Shown piece by piece: positions 1 through 13,175 of a DNA stretch of 64,000 bases; position 1 is the first letter of the stretch, and each line of letters opens with the position of its first letter. Under the pieces are notes generated by a model. It was not told the origin of the DNA. It worked only from the letters and a program-made list of their open reading frames with translations, and searched no databases. A program made the position numbers and the translations under genes. Source of the stretch: Felis catus (Eukaryota); the NCBI RefSeq assembly GCF_018350175.1, contig NC_058382.1, forward strand, positions 54,438,001-54,502,000, in the 5' to 3' direction.

Positions 1-345
1 CTCGGGTGAGGGAAGCATGTGCTGAGACAGTAGCAAAGCAGATGGCCCTCCCCACTGTGTGTGGGCACCACCCAATCCATTAAGGGCCTGAATAGAACAA
101 AAAGGTGGAGGAAGGTGGGATTCACTCTCTGCCTGACTGCTTACGCTGAAACATCCATCTTCTCCTGCTTCAGTGCTCCTCATTCTCAGACCTTTGGATC
201 GGGACTTGAACCTATACCCTCGGTTCTCTGACTCTCAGGCATTCGGACTACACCACCAGCTTTCCTGGCTCTCCAGCTAGCAGACGGCAGGTTGTGGGAC
301 TTCTCTGTCTCCCTAAGTGTGAGCTAATATCTTAAGATAACTCTC
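1..345 (+). mobile_element. MLT2-type (ERVL) LTR, 3' part, truncated by window start
   Basis: 'gggcctgaatagaacaaaaaggtggaggaagg' and 'gcagacggcaggttgtgggacttctc' resemble recalled MLT2 consensus. Confidence 0.75.
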
Positions 346-392
346 TTTCTTCGCTTTTTTACTATAAGCAACATTGACTAATCCAAATTTCT

Positions 393-963
393 ATCTCAGT
401 CAGAATACCATAGGCTGGACGGCTTAAACAACAAAAATCAATTTCGTACAGTTTTGGAGGATGGTTAGTCCAAGATCGAGGTGCAGGCAGACCCACTGTC
501 TGGTGAGGGCGTTCCTGCTTCCGTGCAGACAAGATTCACCTTGAATCCTCAAAAGGTGGAGAGCAGAAAGAGATCATCTCTCTGATATCTCTTCTTTTTT
601 TTTTTTATGTTTATTCATTTTTCAAAGAGAGTATGAGCAGGGAAGGGACAAAGAGAGGGGGCCAGGAGGGACAGAGGATCTGAATCGGGCTCTGCTCTGA
701 AAGCAGAGAGCCCGATGTGGGTCTTGAACTCACAAACTGTGAGATCATGACCTGAGCTGAAGTCGGATGCTCAACCAACTGAACCACCTAGACGTCCCGC
801 ATATCTCTTCTTAAAAGGACACTAATCCTATTCGTGAATGTCCACCCCCATGACCTAATTACCTCCCTGAATATCCAACCTCCAAACACCGTAACATTGG
901 GGGGTAGGCTTCAGCATATGAATTTGAAAGGGGTTGGGGGACACAAACATTCAGGCCATCACA
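393..963 (-). mobile_element. MLT1A-like MaLR solo LTR, interrupted by a SINE
   Basis: 'ggcttaaacaacaaaaat...gtccaagatcgaggtg' and end 'ggggacacaaacattcaggccatcaca'. Confidence 0.75.
597..798 (-). mobile_element. CAN-SINE (SINEC)
   Basis: Reverse SINE body and T-rich tail; TSD atatctcttctt at 585-596 and 801-812. Confidence 0.93.
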
Positions 964-1299
964 CACACCTCGTTACTTTTATTACATCTAGTTTCATTTT
1001 TCACCATCTGACACCATGCTGTTTCTCTCTCACACTTGAATCTGTACCTGTAAAATTGCAAATAGTGTTTTAAACATTCCAAAAGTAATATTATATTTTA
1101 TCAAATTAAGAACAGTAATGTATCTGGAGTAAAATACACGCTTGTATAACAAGGGATGTTCTACAGAAATGGGCTTTTCTGGACCATGACCCCATTCCAA
1201 TTCAAAGTCTGGTATCTGAGGAAAAAAGGTGATTTGTTAATTTCATTTCAAAACTCTATTTCAATTGTGCTCAAAATGTCCTATTCTCATCAATTCAGA

Positions 1300-1640
1300 G
1301 GGGGAAAATGCAAATGATTACTAAATATAAAAAAATGCTTGGCACTCAACTAATCAAAGAAATGTGAATTGAAATGTATCTTTTCCACCTATAAAATGTG
1401 CAAATGCTTTTTAAATGCCAATCCTGGATATTGGCAAAGGTGAGATACAACTCCTATCACACTGCTCATGGTAGCACAAACTGAAAAATGTTTTGGCAAA
1501 ATAGAGCAAGAGCCTTCAAAATAGTTACATCCTTTGACCTCCTAAATTCTCTGCTAGAAATCTATTGTAGAAATAACGTGATCAAAGATTTATGTACAAA
1601 AAAATTCAAAGCAGTGATATAATAACAAAAGACTGTCAAC
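1300..1640 (+). mobile_element. Ancient L1M 3' fragment
   Basis: A-rich, 'tcaaagaaatgtgaattgaa', 'cctttgacctcctaaattctctgctagaaatctat', 'aaagatttatgtacaaaa' resemble degenerate L1 ORF2 3' end. Confidence 0.55.
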
Positions 1641-1832
1641 ATGCTGCAATTGATAGTCTCGTCATGGTTTTCAAGCTGTGATCAGTAGAGCCTTAGCATT
1701 GAACACACGAGGAACTACTGGGGCCAGAAAGTGGCCACGTTGTTAGGACGTTGAGTTCAATATTTCTGAGTCAAACAGTTCTGCTTTTATCTGTTCTACA
1801 TAGTGAGTTTCAGTCAAGAGTCACTTTTTCGG

Positions 1833-2035
1833 GGGGCACCTGGGTGGCTCAGTCAATTGAGCGTCCGACCTGGGCTCAGGTCATGATCTCGCGGTTTGTG
1901 AGTTCGAGCCCTGTGTCGGGTTCAGTGCTGACAGTTCAGAGACTGGAGCCCGCTTCAGATTCTGTGTCTCCCTCCCTCTCTCTCCCTCTACTCTGTCTCT
2001 CTCAAAAATAAATAAACATAAAAAAATTAAAAAAT
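1833..2035 (+). mobile_element. CAN-SINE (SINEC)
   Basis: ggggcacctgggtggctcagtc head, B-box-like gagttcgagcc, (CT)n, aataaataaa tail. Confidence 0.95.
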
Positions 2036-2281
2036 TTTAGAAAAAAGATTCACTTCTTGTTGGAGGGCAGGGATAGTAATCATCAGTCTACCCTAATTAG
2101 AACATAGGATCCACGAGGAATTTGTCAGCAAGTGATATGCAACCAGGTTCCCAAAACTAAGCACAGTGTTTGGCTCGCAGCAGGTATTAAACAAATAGAT
2201 GATGTTTATTGCAGGTTTAAGTTTTCTTTTTTTCTGATTAAAAACAAGTTTGAAAAGTATTATAATCAGGAAACTAAATAC

Positions 2282-2748
2282 CGGAGATTTGCAAACTATG
2301 GCCCAAGGGCCAAGACTGGCCCAACACTTGTGGTTTTGGTTTTTTTTTAATTTTTTTTTTTAATGTTTATTTATTTTTGAGACAGAGAGAGACAGAGCAT
2401 GAACGGGGGCGGGGCAGAGAGAGAGGGAGACACAGAATGGGAAGCAGGCTCCAGGCTCCGAGCCATCAGCCCAGAGCCCGACGCGGGGCTCGAACTCGCG
2501 GACCACGAGATCATGACCTGAGCTGAAGTCGGACGCTTAACCGACTGAGCCACCCAGGCGCCCCTACACTTGTTTTTATAAATAAGGTTTTATTGGGACA
2601 GAGTCACCCACACTCATTCATTTACATGTTGCCTATAGCTGCCTTTGTGCTACAATGGCAGAGTTGAGTAGTTGCAACAGACTGTGTGGCCTACCAAGCT
2701 GAAGATATCTACTCTCTGGCCCTTTACAGAAAAAGTTTGCTATCCCTG
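2282..2748 (+). mobile_element. MER58A (hAT-Charlie MITE), split by a SINE
   Basis: 'gcaaactatggcccaagggcc' start; 'tctggccctttacagaaaaagtttgctatccctg' end. Confidence 0.85.
2340..2564 (-). mobile_element. CAN-SINE, young CpG-intact feline type
   Basis: Ends '...gccacccaggcgcccc'; CpGs retained; flanked by acacttgt on both sides. Confidence 0.95.
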
Positions 2749-2799
2749 CTCTACACCGTAAACTGCATATGGCCATTAAAAATAATGAAACAAATAACA

Positions 2800-3570
2800 A
2801 TGAGACAATAACACAAATAAACACAGTGTGATATTGTGTTTTCAAAAGTTCAAAAGCACCAGGACAATGCCAAGTGTTGGTGAGAACGGGAGGTAACGGG
2901 AAGTGTCCTACACCACCGAGGGGAGTATAAGTGGTCACCAGCACTGAGGAAAGCAGCCTGGCATCATCTCCTGAAACTGCAGGTATGCAACCTACAGCTG
3001 ACATCTGCAGGTAGATGGGTGCACAGAAACTTCACTCGTAGTGATTACCCAATGGAAATGAGGCCACATATGCGCTAACCAACGTATTAAAAGAATGTTC
3101 ATAACAACATCATTCGAAATAGACGCAAACTGGAAACAACCCAGACATCCATCAAAAGCAGAGTGGATAAATAGATTACGGTAGATGCATATAATGAGAA
3201 AAAACTTCAGTGCAAATGCATAAATTCTACACACAGCAACAGAAATGAATCCCAAACATAAGGCTAAGATAAGGGAAACCAGATACAGAAGAATATAGTC
3301 CGTAGGCTTCTAATTATAAGGTAAGGCCTAATAATCACAAAATTAACTTACAGTACATGACAGGATAGCCTTTAACTTTGGGCAAAAGGGCGAGGAGACA
3401 GATTTGCAGGGGGCTTAACGAGGGGCTTCAGAGAGACCGCTACCTCTCCAAATTCCACTGCCTTACCCAGGTAGTGTTCATGGGGGTATTCTCATCTAGC
3501 AATAGTTTACTGATCTGTGCACTTTTCCGCATATATGGCATACTCTGATTTTAAAAAATGCTTTAAAAAT
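2800..3570 (+). mobile_element. Ancient L1M (L1ME/MC-like) 3' end fragment
   Basis: 'aagaatgttcataacaacatcattcgaaatagacgcaaactggaaacaacccagacatccatcaaaagcagagtggataaatagatt' is typical L1 ORF2 end/3'UTR. Confidence 0.75.
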
Positions 3571-3979
3571 GAATGTATACTATGATCCTAATTTGGTTAA
3601 AGAAGGAAAGTGTGAGATTTATATCTGAGTGCATCAAAAAAGCAACCAATAGAACTACATCAACATCTTGAGAAATTAGATTGTGACTGCTTTTCATTTT
3701 CTCCCTCTATACAGTGTTCAAAATTCTCTGCAATGTTTAAAATATGAGAAACCCCTAAGAATGATATATCCACAACCCCACCTCTAAAGTTGAAAGAAAT
3801 AAGCAAAAAGAGGTAAAATTAGCAAAGAACAGGTAGCAAACGTTGAAAATTTAGCTGACACTCCCAACTTGGAGGGCAGACACTGGAGGTGAGGGCAAGC
3901 CAGGGAGAGCCCGATACCCCATCTGAAGGCCCATACCCTACACCTAAGTCCCAAGTCAGAGCCCAAGGTCCTAGCATTA

Positions 3980-4541
3980 GGAGCATTTACACCACAGAAA
4001 TCGGTAAGTGCTACAAATCAGGACTTGATTCATCATTTCACTGATCATCTAGGCTTAAGGAAGTGATGGAGCTAAATGCAAATAACCAATCATGCAAATG
4101 AAATTAAACGTGTATTGTTTCTGTAGTCATGATCCCATAAGAAATGAAGGAAAAATTCTTCCGGTATTCACTGCTATTATCCAGTTCAGCAAAGGAGTCG
4201 TTCGTATCACGGACGAACATCCCCTATGTCTGTCAGTTGTATCCTGCTAATAAACATGAAGGAAAATATCAACCAACCAATTTTTGGATTTATGTCAAAA
4301 CTACACTTGCTGACCAGTGGCAACCCTAGGTTGGATACGGATACAAGAATTCGACACAAACCAACAAAAGCATGCTGTGAAAATCGGATGGCTTTACGGA
4401 CTTTACAACGAGGAATAGCGTGTCGTTTGTCACCAGCTGTAAAGTGTAAGCTACACGTCCTTTAAATCAGTCATGTTGGGTATAGACCTCCATGCATGTT
4501 CCCAGAAAGCTAGTTGGTAAGCATATACTCGCACACCAATG
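3980..4541. mobile_element. Zaphod-like hAT-Tip100 DNA transposon fragment
   Basis: Right end reverse complement 'cattggtgtgcgagtatatgcttaccaactagct' resembles recalled Zaphod terminus cagtggtgtgctggtaaatgtttaacaac. Confidence 0.65.
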
Positions 4542-5719
4542 CCTGAAAACATGGTTTTCGACAGTAGAAGGAGGTTACGGAACGTGCAACAACATGATTT
4601 GCAAATGTCACCACGGCTGAAGAAGTCAAAGAGATCATGGGAAGGGGGGCGCTAGGGCAAAAATGTAAAGGTCAAGTGGAAAAGTACCCTTTCTAACTGG
4701 GCCTAACGGGAGCAAACAACTGAGGTTTTGTGCCCTGGTGGAGGGAACCCGTGAGGTTAATTCCTCTTTCCAGTTCTGCCACATGTAGAGAAAGAAAGTA
4801 AGAAATTTGAGAGCAAGAAGGTTAAAAGGCCTTCTCTATAATTAGCTTAACAGGTAAATTAAGGTGCATACGTTCCCCGGGGCTAAGATGGAAAGAAGTG
4901 GGGTCCTCCAGCACCCCCTTAATCCTCTGCAGCCTCTGCTAGTCATCCAAGAAATTGCGCCCTTTCTCCCCTAATTACATTGCGGCTTAATGTGGCAAAC
5001 CTGATTTCCCTCACATTTACACAGTACTTTACAATTTTCAAATACAATTATATTAATTATCTCACTTGATTCTCATAACCCTTTTATGAAAGCAGGAACG
5101 GCTAAGTTTCAAAGAAAAATATTCCTAGGGAAAACTTAGTATTTTTGTGTGCTTAATTTAACTGTGGTTTTAAAGCCCGGCTCAAGAAAAAAAAGCTCCT
5201 TTCAAATCACCTATATAGTTCTTTGGGGGCACTCCTATCTGGTTCCTTGAAGATGTCAGCATGGTTTTGTTCCTGAAGTACTTGCCCTTTATCATTCCTC
5301 CTGGGAAGAAAGACAAAACCACCTGATTACAATTAACTAAAGGGCAACCATTAATTTTTTAAACCCTGTCCTCTGCCTTTATCCTGCAAACTTCTCAGAA
5401 GTAGACAGACTATCTCTTTTTTAGACCTCCATCTTAATTTTGTTCCTTAGTGAAGAAACTTAGGCACGGTATATGCTTAAGTAAATTGGGTAAGAATGGT
5501 TTTCCCTGCCTGACTTGTCTGAGTTACATGAAAGGACCTTATTGGAAGGAGACACATCATGAGTTGTCCACTGCTATAAAATTCCCAAGCAGCCTCATGA
5601 AGAAAGGCAATTCAGTCAGAGTCAGTGAGCGAACACGTACCGTTCCTGCTCAGAAAGGGTGGGGAGAAGGAAAAGAAGGAAGGAGGGGAAGGAAGGAGGG
5701 AAGGAAACAGACAGCTGTT

Positions 5720-5890
5720 TATTGACTTCCTACTACATGTTCCAGGAACTTTGACAGACATCATACAACCTGACCAACTTGTCATGGCCCCATTTTACAG
5801 ATGAAAGAACTTAGATACAGAGAGGTTAGCTCTTTGATAAATGACACAATAGTTACAGACATACCTGTGATTTCAAAGACCATCCTTTAC
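5720..5890 (-). mobile_element. MIR fragment
   Basis: 'cccattttacagatgaaagaacttagatacagagaggtta' MIR core. Confidence 0.65.
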
Positions 5891-5898
5891 CGCTAGAC

Positions 5899-6069
5899 CA
5901 GTGATTCTCGCAGTGTGGGTTCCAACCAGCAGCAGAAGGGCCACCTGGGAACTCGTTAGAGATGCAGATTCGCAGGACCCACCCCAGACCTTCTGAATCA
6001 GAAACTATAAGGGTGGGGCCCAACAGTCTGGTTTAACGAGCCCTCCAAGTTCTGCTGATAGAACACCTG
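5899..6069 (+). mobile_element. MER5A (hAT-Charlie)
   Basis: 'cacctgggaactcgttagagatgcagattc...ccccagaccttctgaatcagaaact'. Confidence 0.85.
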
Positions 6070-6077
6070 CTCTAAAG

Positions 6078-6407
6078 CAAAAGTCAACAAACGTAAAGGG
6101 TCACACAGAAAATACTTTAGGCTCTGTGGGCCACACGGTCTGTGTCATCAGTATTCGACCCTGCCGTATTAGTGCAAAAGCAGCCGTAGGCAATACATAA
6201 ACAAAAGAGCACGGCTGTGTTTCAATAAAAATTAAGTGTTGGACAATGAAATCTGAATTGCCTATCATTTTCCTATATTGTGAAATACTATTCTTTTAAC
6301 TTTTTCTGAACCATTAACAAATACATAAATCATTCCTATCCCAAGGGCCGCACAAAAATAGGCAGTGGGGAGAATCTGGCCTGGGGGCCTTAGCTTGGCA
6401 CCCTCTG
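6078..6407 (-). mobile_element. MER58B (hAT-Charlie)
   Basis: 'aggctctgtgggccacacggtctgtgtc...gggccgcacaaaaataggcagtggg'. Confidence 0.8.
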
Positions 6408-7344
6408 CTCCCAAGCTGGACTATGCTACCTTGCAAGTAACAACTCTCTAACCAGGACAAAGATAGGCTAACTCTCATACAAGGAAGAATGTTGCAAAGG
6501 TGAATTATAAAACATTCTGCGGTCCAATAGAGGCAGACGGCACATCTGGTTGTGGTGATGACAAAGACTTCCATGAAGAGGTGACAATCTGTGTGGGCTT
6601 TGTATGATGAGTAAGAGTTCAACAGGTAGAGACAGTGTAGATGGACCGTACCGAGGGGGCGGCTTAGACAAAGGGGTGAAGACTGGTGTGTGCAAGGCAG
6701 CCACTCCACACTGCTCACTTCCACCCCAAATCCTCCAATCTCTTGAACTAAACATGCTTTTGGGAAACTGTAATATGTAAAAGTGCTTCAAAGCTATCGT
6801 GAGTACCAGTAAACTACAGCATGGGGAAAGGGACAAATACAGCAACTGACATAAAAGCTGTATATGTGATAGTCATTATCAGTGATGTATTCCTCTCTCC
6901 CCGCAAGCCATGTGTTGAGGGGAGGGTGTCTTATTTCCTACAACAAATTATTTCTGGGTGCGAATTTGACTGTATGAAATACGCTCCCAAGTATCACGCA
7001 ATGCCAAGAAATAATTTTCTTGAGATAGTTTCTAGTTATACAAATGAGCTCCCTTGAGATTTGTTTTGTTTTCCTGATTCTTTACACACACCATCCAATT
7101 GAGTTGTTGGTTATTTTCAAACACAAGAGTTCCCTTTATGATCATAAATTAGTACAATTTCAGAAAGTGGGGCTTTTTTTCTTTTTTTTTTTTTTTCAGG
7201 TTACTCATTTTCATTCAATTTGCTTTGGTGCCAGCTGTTAAAAGGAAATACTATCCAGTCTGGCAATATTCCCTAGAATAAGAAAGAAGGCAAATTGTCA
7301 AGTTGGTAACGAATAATACCTTCCTCTCTGATAGATATCCAACT

Positions 7345-7560
7345 TCACATAGCAGAGAGGTTAAGAGACCAAGTTCTAAAGTCAGATTCTCTGGGCCCTA
7401 ATCCCTGGTCTCCCATGTAATGAGCTATCTGAGCTTGATGGGTTACTCTCAGAGCCTCAGTTTCCCTAACAATAAAATGGGAAAAAGTAATTGTAGCCAC
7501 TTCTGATAGTGTATGTGTTTGTACAGCACAGAAAACGAGCTCAGTTAGTTTTGGAGATCA
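7345..7560 (+). mobile_element. MIR fragment
   Basis: 'agagcctcagtttccctaacaataaaatggga' MIR core. Confidence 0.6.
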
Positions 7561-9753
7561 TTACTCTTTCTCAGCGTTCCTCCAAAATTCAACAAATCTG
7601 CCTTTTTCGTGTGCGGTGCTAAAATGATAATCTCTTCATGCAACCTTGTGATATGGCAGCAAGTTCAAGACAGGACTTAACCAGTAAAACCTTTTGTCCT
7701 TTCGTGACCCCTCCTCCCTCCGCCACTCGGACCCTGGAGGGATCAGAAACCGTTTACCACACTGGGGGAGGCAAAAGGCAGAGAAACGGGGGTGGGGCTG
7801 ACGGCCCAGCCTCTCCCACCACCAGCTTGCAGTCAGCAGCAGACCCAGCCAGGGGAGAACACGGCCGAAGTGTACCGCTAGGGAGGTCTGGAGTTTGGAC
7901 CCTTACGTTGGATGGAATATACCCATTACTGAAATGAGAAACCTTCAGGACATACAGTGAACAGGGTGTTCTGTATTACATGAGGGTGGCTGGAAAAGCC
8001 CATCTCAGCCTCCACTAGGGGCAAGACAAGAACGTGTCCCATCTGGGGGGTGGGAGTGGGCACAGGGGACAAGGAGAGCAGTTGATTTTGATCGCTCTCC
8101 GAGAGGCCCGTTACAACTGTACGTGCATAGTCCATCTGTCTGTCTGCCGTGGGTATGGGGGGCCGGGGGGGGGACAGTGGAAACCACTCAGGCCTTTGAA
8201 ACATAGACATCTGAAGTTCTGCTACCTGTCAACCCTGTTGAGGTGCAATTTTCTCAACTAAACCCTGGGGACAAGGATGAGTGGGGACGAAATGAGGCGA
8301 GGGATGCAGAGTCCTTTCCCAGGGCACCTGCCATCCTGCAGACCACATAAATGACAGCCGTTCTTGTCATGATCATTAGTATCCATGTTCTCACTCACAG
8401 TCGGTGATCATTTGAGAAGTCACTTTAATATTCACTAACAGCCACACCCATTTGCAGTCTGTACTCTTCTCTGTCAGATAATAATCCTGTAGAGCCTGCT
8501 GGGGGGAGTTTTTTCTTCCCCCCAAGTAATATTGACACTGACGTTCTTTTACTCATTACCATTCACCTCTCAGTTGAACATCAGTTGGGAACAACAAGTG
8601 CCCCAGCTGATGTGAATAAAGATGGAGCCTGGGGAGAGACAGGGAGAAGAACCCGCCACCCCTCACCCCCCGCTGTCTTCACCCTCCCCCCCCCACACCT
8701 GGTACCCGTTCCGCCACCCCTGAAACTTCCCCTTAGCGTGCGTCACACTTTGTTGCAACTATCTCTTGAATCAAACACTTTCGCAGCTGTCCATGAACTC
8801 CTTCGGAACATGGGCTGCATCTGTCATCCCTGGATCTTTACTGTCTAGGTCCTAGAGATCGTAAATGATTGAATGACATTGTTTATTAAGGTATGAGTAT
8901 AAGCACCTTATTTAAAAAGCGCACCAGCACACATTGCATATAAATCTACGTTTGTACTTAAAGCCTTCCCGAAAGGGCACCACTCTAACTGGATGCTTCC
9001 TCATTGCCGTGGGAATCACAAAAACCCTCTCTGCCCCAAAATATAACGTGGCTGCTAACATCCCATTATGTAAAGCTCTCCAGGATGCCCTAAAAAGTGT
9101 CCCCCGGAGGCCAGCAAGAGGCACCACCATACCCCACCTGCCTTCTCTGGACGACACCTCACTGAAAGGGGGACTTGGTGTCAGTCTTCAGGGAGCGAAA
9201 AGCAAGAATCCCAGAGCACGACGACACCTTTCTTGGCTTTCTCTTCCGGATTTGCTTCCGAATGAAGGCTTTACAACTTTCTTGAATGGGACCTCCCCAC
9301 ATCGTGTTACCTACATGGCCCAGGAGTACTCACGGACCTAAGGGAAGGAACCAACTGCCTGAGAGCCTCCACGTGCTTGAGGGAATCACAAACCACAGTC
9401 ATGTCACAGCCTGTCGTGCCCCTTGTCCCCGACTGTGCCAGGGCAAGAATGCTGTTTCCAAAGCAGCGGTGACACGGTGCTTTACCAAGGCTGCAGGCAG
9501 AGAGCCCCATGTGCACACATGCAAATGCACACGGTCACACACCGGCACGGACACACGTAAGCGGGCACAGCTACAGACACGTGCGCATGAACCCTGACAC
9601 GGATCTCTATATTGCGGGAACATAACGAATCTTTTAAAAAGAAACAAACGTCATCTTATTTCTTATTCCGGCCAGGGAAGCTAGCTTCCCAAGCATATCT
9701 GTCATCTAATATTTCTTACAGGTAACTTGGAGGAAATCGAAAACCCAACGCTC

Positions 9754-9980
9754 AGGACACCTGCGTGGTTCAGCCGGTTAAGCGTCCGACTTCGGCTCAG
9801 GTCATGATCTCACGATCTGGGAGCTGGAGCCCCATGTCAGGCTTTGTGCTGACAGCTCAGAGCCTGGAGCCTGCTTTGGATTCTGTCTCCTTCTCTCTCT
9901 CTCTCTGCCCCTCTCCCACTCACACTCTTTCTCTCTCTCTCTCTCTCTCATAAATAAATAAACATCAAAAAAGTTTAAGA
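9754..9980 (+). mobile_element. CAN-SINE (SINEC)
   Basis: SINE body; TSD gaaaacccaa(c/t)gctc at 9739-9753 and 9981-9995. Confidence 0.93.
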
Positions 9981-11574
9981 GAAAACCCAATGCTCTGTAT
10001 CTATTTGTAAACGTCTGCTGACCCCACAGGTCCAACTTATCTCCCACGTTCGCTGGGAAGGGCTGAGTGGCAGGGATTGTACCCAGTCTGGGATGTGTGG
10101 CCCCCTTCTCTTAAGGTTTCATTTAGTGACCTCAGATGGAGAGCCCATGCTCTTTCTTCCCCTCTCTGGTCTTTCCGTTCTTTCTCCTTCCCTCATGCTC
10201 TGCTCTTGCTGGAACTCCCCTCCCTGGAAAGTCAGGAACCTGAATCCACCTCCTAATGTTAGATGTCCACAGTTGAGTGTGAGTCTGGGGTAGGGCAACG
10301 AGAACCATGTTGACTCTACAAAGCCTCAAATCTACACGGGACGGGCCTGGAGGCAAAAGGAGTGGGGTCTGCACCAGAGGGCAGGCCAGACAGAGTGGTG
10401 CATCCCAGCGGGAGGGGGGAAGTTGTTCAATGCTGGAGTGCAGGGGAGGGGGCCAGGGCCAGCTATGACACTGCTGCAGAAGTGAAAAGGAGCGCCCCCT
10501 TTGGGCTCCACATGGGAAGCTGTGCTGGATTTCTGCTCCCACCCACACACCCTGGAGTGGCCCTGAGGGCGCGTAGAAGCCTCGAGAATGGATCTGCAGC
10601 CCCACCTCCCCAGCCAAGGCCGCTGTGAACTGCCAGTTCACACACACTCACCCTTCTCATGCTCAGATCGCCCAGACCAAACCTTAACCTGAAGAATCAA
10701 CCCAGGGACCTAGAAGGGACTCCAGGTCTGTGCAGGAAAAAAAAAGATCAAGTAATACTCTTGAGAGGCAGCAGGGCCAGGAGCCCAGGCTCACCCCTGC
10801 CCGGCAAGTGACCATGCATGACACACGGGTCACGTCACTCAGCCTGGCTGTGCCTCGTTCCCCTCACGTCCGCACTGGAGAACCAGTGGCTCCCACTCCC
10901 CAGGGTGGTTATAGGATGAGGTGAGGTCATACCCATCAGGCACTTGGCACTGAGCACACAGCAAGCGCTCAGTAAATGTTATCTACTCTTAGTCACCTGA
11001 AATAACTCCAAATTTCACTGAAATTTCCAAAATGGCTGCTTTGGTTTCATGTATGTAAAATGAATAGGTGCTCTTTCCCCAGCTGCCCACCTTCGACACG
11101 TATTCTTAAGGCACGCGTCTTATGGGAAGTTTACGGCCAGTTGTCCAGAAAGCGGAGCTCAAGACGAGGCTGACCTTGGAGGGCTTCCAAGTGGAGCGTT
11201 CCCACAAGGTGATAAGCTAATCCGCTAGGACACCGAACAAGCCTTGACTCTCCGGAGTCAAAAGTCTCGACTCTACCAAGTACAGGCTCTAAAAGTGACG
11301 AGCAGCTCACCGCAATTCCATTTTTAGAGGCTGCCGCAGAAGAGATTTTGAACCAAGAGATGGAAAAACCACTGAGCCAACGTCCTTCCCTGTTTCCTTA
11401 TGTCTGGTGCTATTATGGCATTTGCCTGTATGACAGATGTATGGCGTGGCTTAAGGCTGCACTGAATGCCAACACCCACCAGCTCTCCCCGCCTCATGGC
11501 AACATCTCGTAGGCCCCACGCGAATGGCATTTCTTCCTGAATCTCCGAGTCTGCATTAGGTGTTCTCATCTTTC

Positions 11575-11740
11575 CCTATTACATCCGCTGGTCAAACTGT
11601 TTACTTATTTATGTCTCCTGCTAGACACCAAGCTCCAGGATGGCAGGGCCATGGGTACTGCTGTTTTCAGCACTGTGCCCTTAGCACCCAGCCTGGTCCC
11701 TGGCACACAGTGGGTTTCCATATTCTTGTAAATGGATAAA
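11575..11740 (+). mobile_element. L2 3' end fragment
   Basis: 'ctagacaccaagctccaggatggcagggcc...cctggcacacagtggg' resembles L2 tail. Confidence 0.6.
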
Positions 11741-12916
11741 TGATAGTGATGAGGGCAATGAGTGTGAGTGTTTAAGAGGATTTTGGATGGATGTGGGCAG
11801 AGTGGTGCATAGAAGAGGGGATTCTTGGCCCTGTTCCTAGCCAGATCTGGGCAACTGGACAAGTAATCACTTCTGTTCAAAGACAAAGAAAAGGGGACTC
11901 TGGAATTTCCTAAAGTTGAGACGGGGGAAGGGGGTGGTGTGCATATGTTAATGGATCAAACAAACCCAGCGTGCAAAAGCAAAATTAATTTACAGACAAC
12001 ATTTCCAGAGTACAAATCCACAAAGTTCAGAATGCCTGTAGTAACACAAATCCCAGCTGTCCGAGTACGATTTGGACCAAGAAAGTCTGCACACGCACCT
12101 TGGCCAGAACAGAGAGAGAAGTTAGAACAGGAAGACCAGACTGGACCCGCTGCAGGGAGGAGGGAGGCCGATGTGGATTTAAGCCCGGTGCCAACATTCA
12201 TGGCTGCGATTGGCTGCCATCCAGCTGCGGGCCTGAATCTGATAGGATGAGGGTCCGAGCGGGGCTGTGGGGTGCAGGAAGGGCTGGCCTGCAAAGGCTG
12301 CCGGGAAGCACAAGTGCCCAATGGTGGGGGGAGGGGGAGGGCAGGCCAGTAAACAGGAGGAAGTTTAGACAGCGTCATTCCCTGGGGCATTGGCCGCTTC
12401 TAGGTCACAAGCAAGAACTGCTAGCAGAACAGAAACTTGGCTGGAAAAAAAAAAAGTGTTTTTGAAGCTGCCGAGTGAACCTTGCCTCTTTCAGTGCAGC
12501 CAATTCTCTGTGATCTCAAAGTGGCGACGGGCAATTTCTGTGCTATCTTTGGACCAGCACCGCCAGGGCCAGGCCACCGGACAGAACTGGAAGGTGGGTC
12601 ATTCGGGGACTTCTCACAGGGGAGCCTTTCTGAGGCAATCGGCCAATCCATACATGTTGGTGAGCACCTCCACGTGAGGGAGGATGCAAGAACCTGGAAG
12701 CAGGCTTCGGAACCAACCGGTTGGTGAGTTCGGACTTGAGGCCGAAGACGCACAAGTGACACCCACCCGGCAGCTGGGTCCCCTTGGTGCCCGCATCATA
12801 CCGTATCTTGGATGCGCTCACTTTGCTGAAAATATCAACAACACTCAGACCCTTCCTCAATTTCCTTCCAAAAACAAAATCTAAGAAACAGCACCAAGAA
12901 GTCTGCGTGCTTAGGT

Positions 12917-13083
12917 GGGGCGCCTGGGTGGTTCAGTCGGTTAAACGCCTGACTTGGGTCAGGCTTCGGCTTATGATCTCACAGTTCGTGGGTTCGAGCC
13001 TCGCATCGGGCTCTGTGCTGACAGCTCGGAGCCTGGAAGCTGCTTCGGATTCTGTGTCTCCCTCTCTCTCTGCCCCTCCCCCA

Positions 13084-13131
<48 letters not shown>

Positions 13132-13175
13132 CGCGCTCTCTCTGTCTCTCAAAAATAAGGAAACATTAAAAATAA
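12917..13175 (+). mobile_element. CAN-SINE with internal (GT)n(GC)n microsatellite
   Basis: 20-bp TSD aagaagtctg(c/t)gtgcttagg at 12896-12915 and 13176-13195. Confidence 0.95.

Noticed and set aside
7175..7304. Strong-looking plus-strand splice acceptor (poly-T-CAG at 7199)
   Set aside because: All downstream frames close quickly, the donor is weak, and T runs followed by AG are common.
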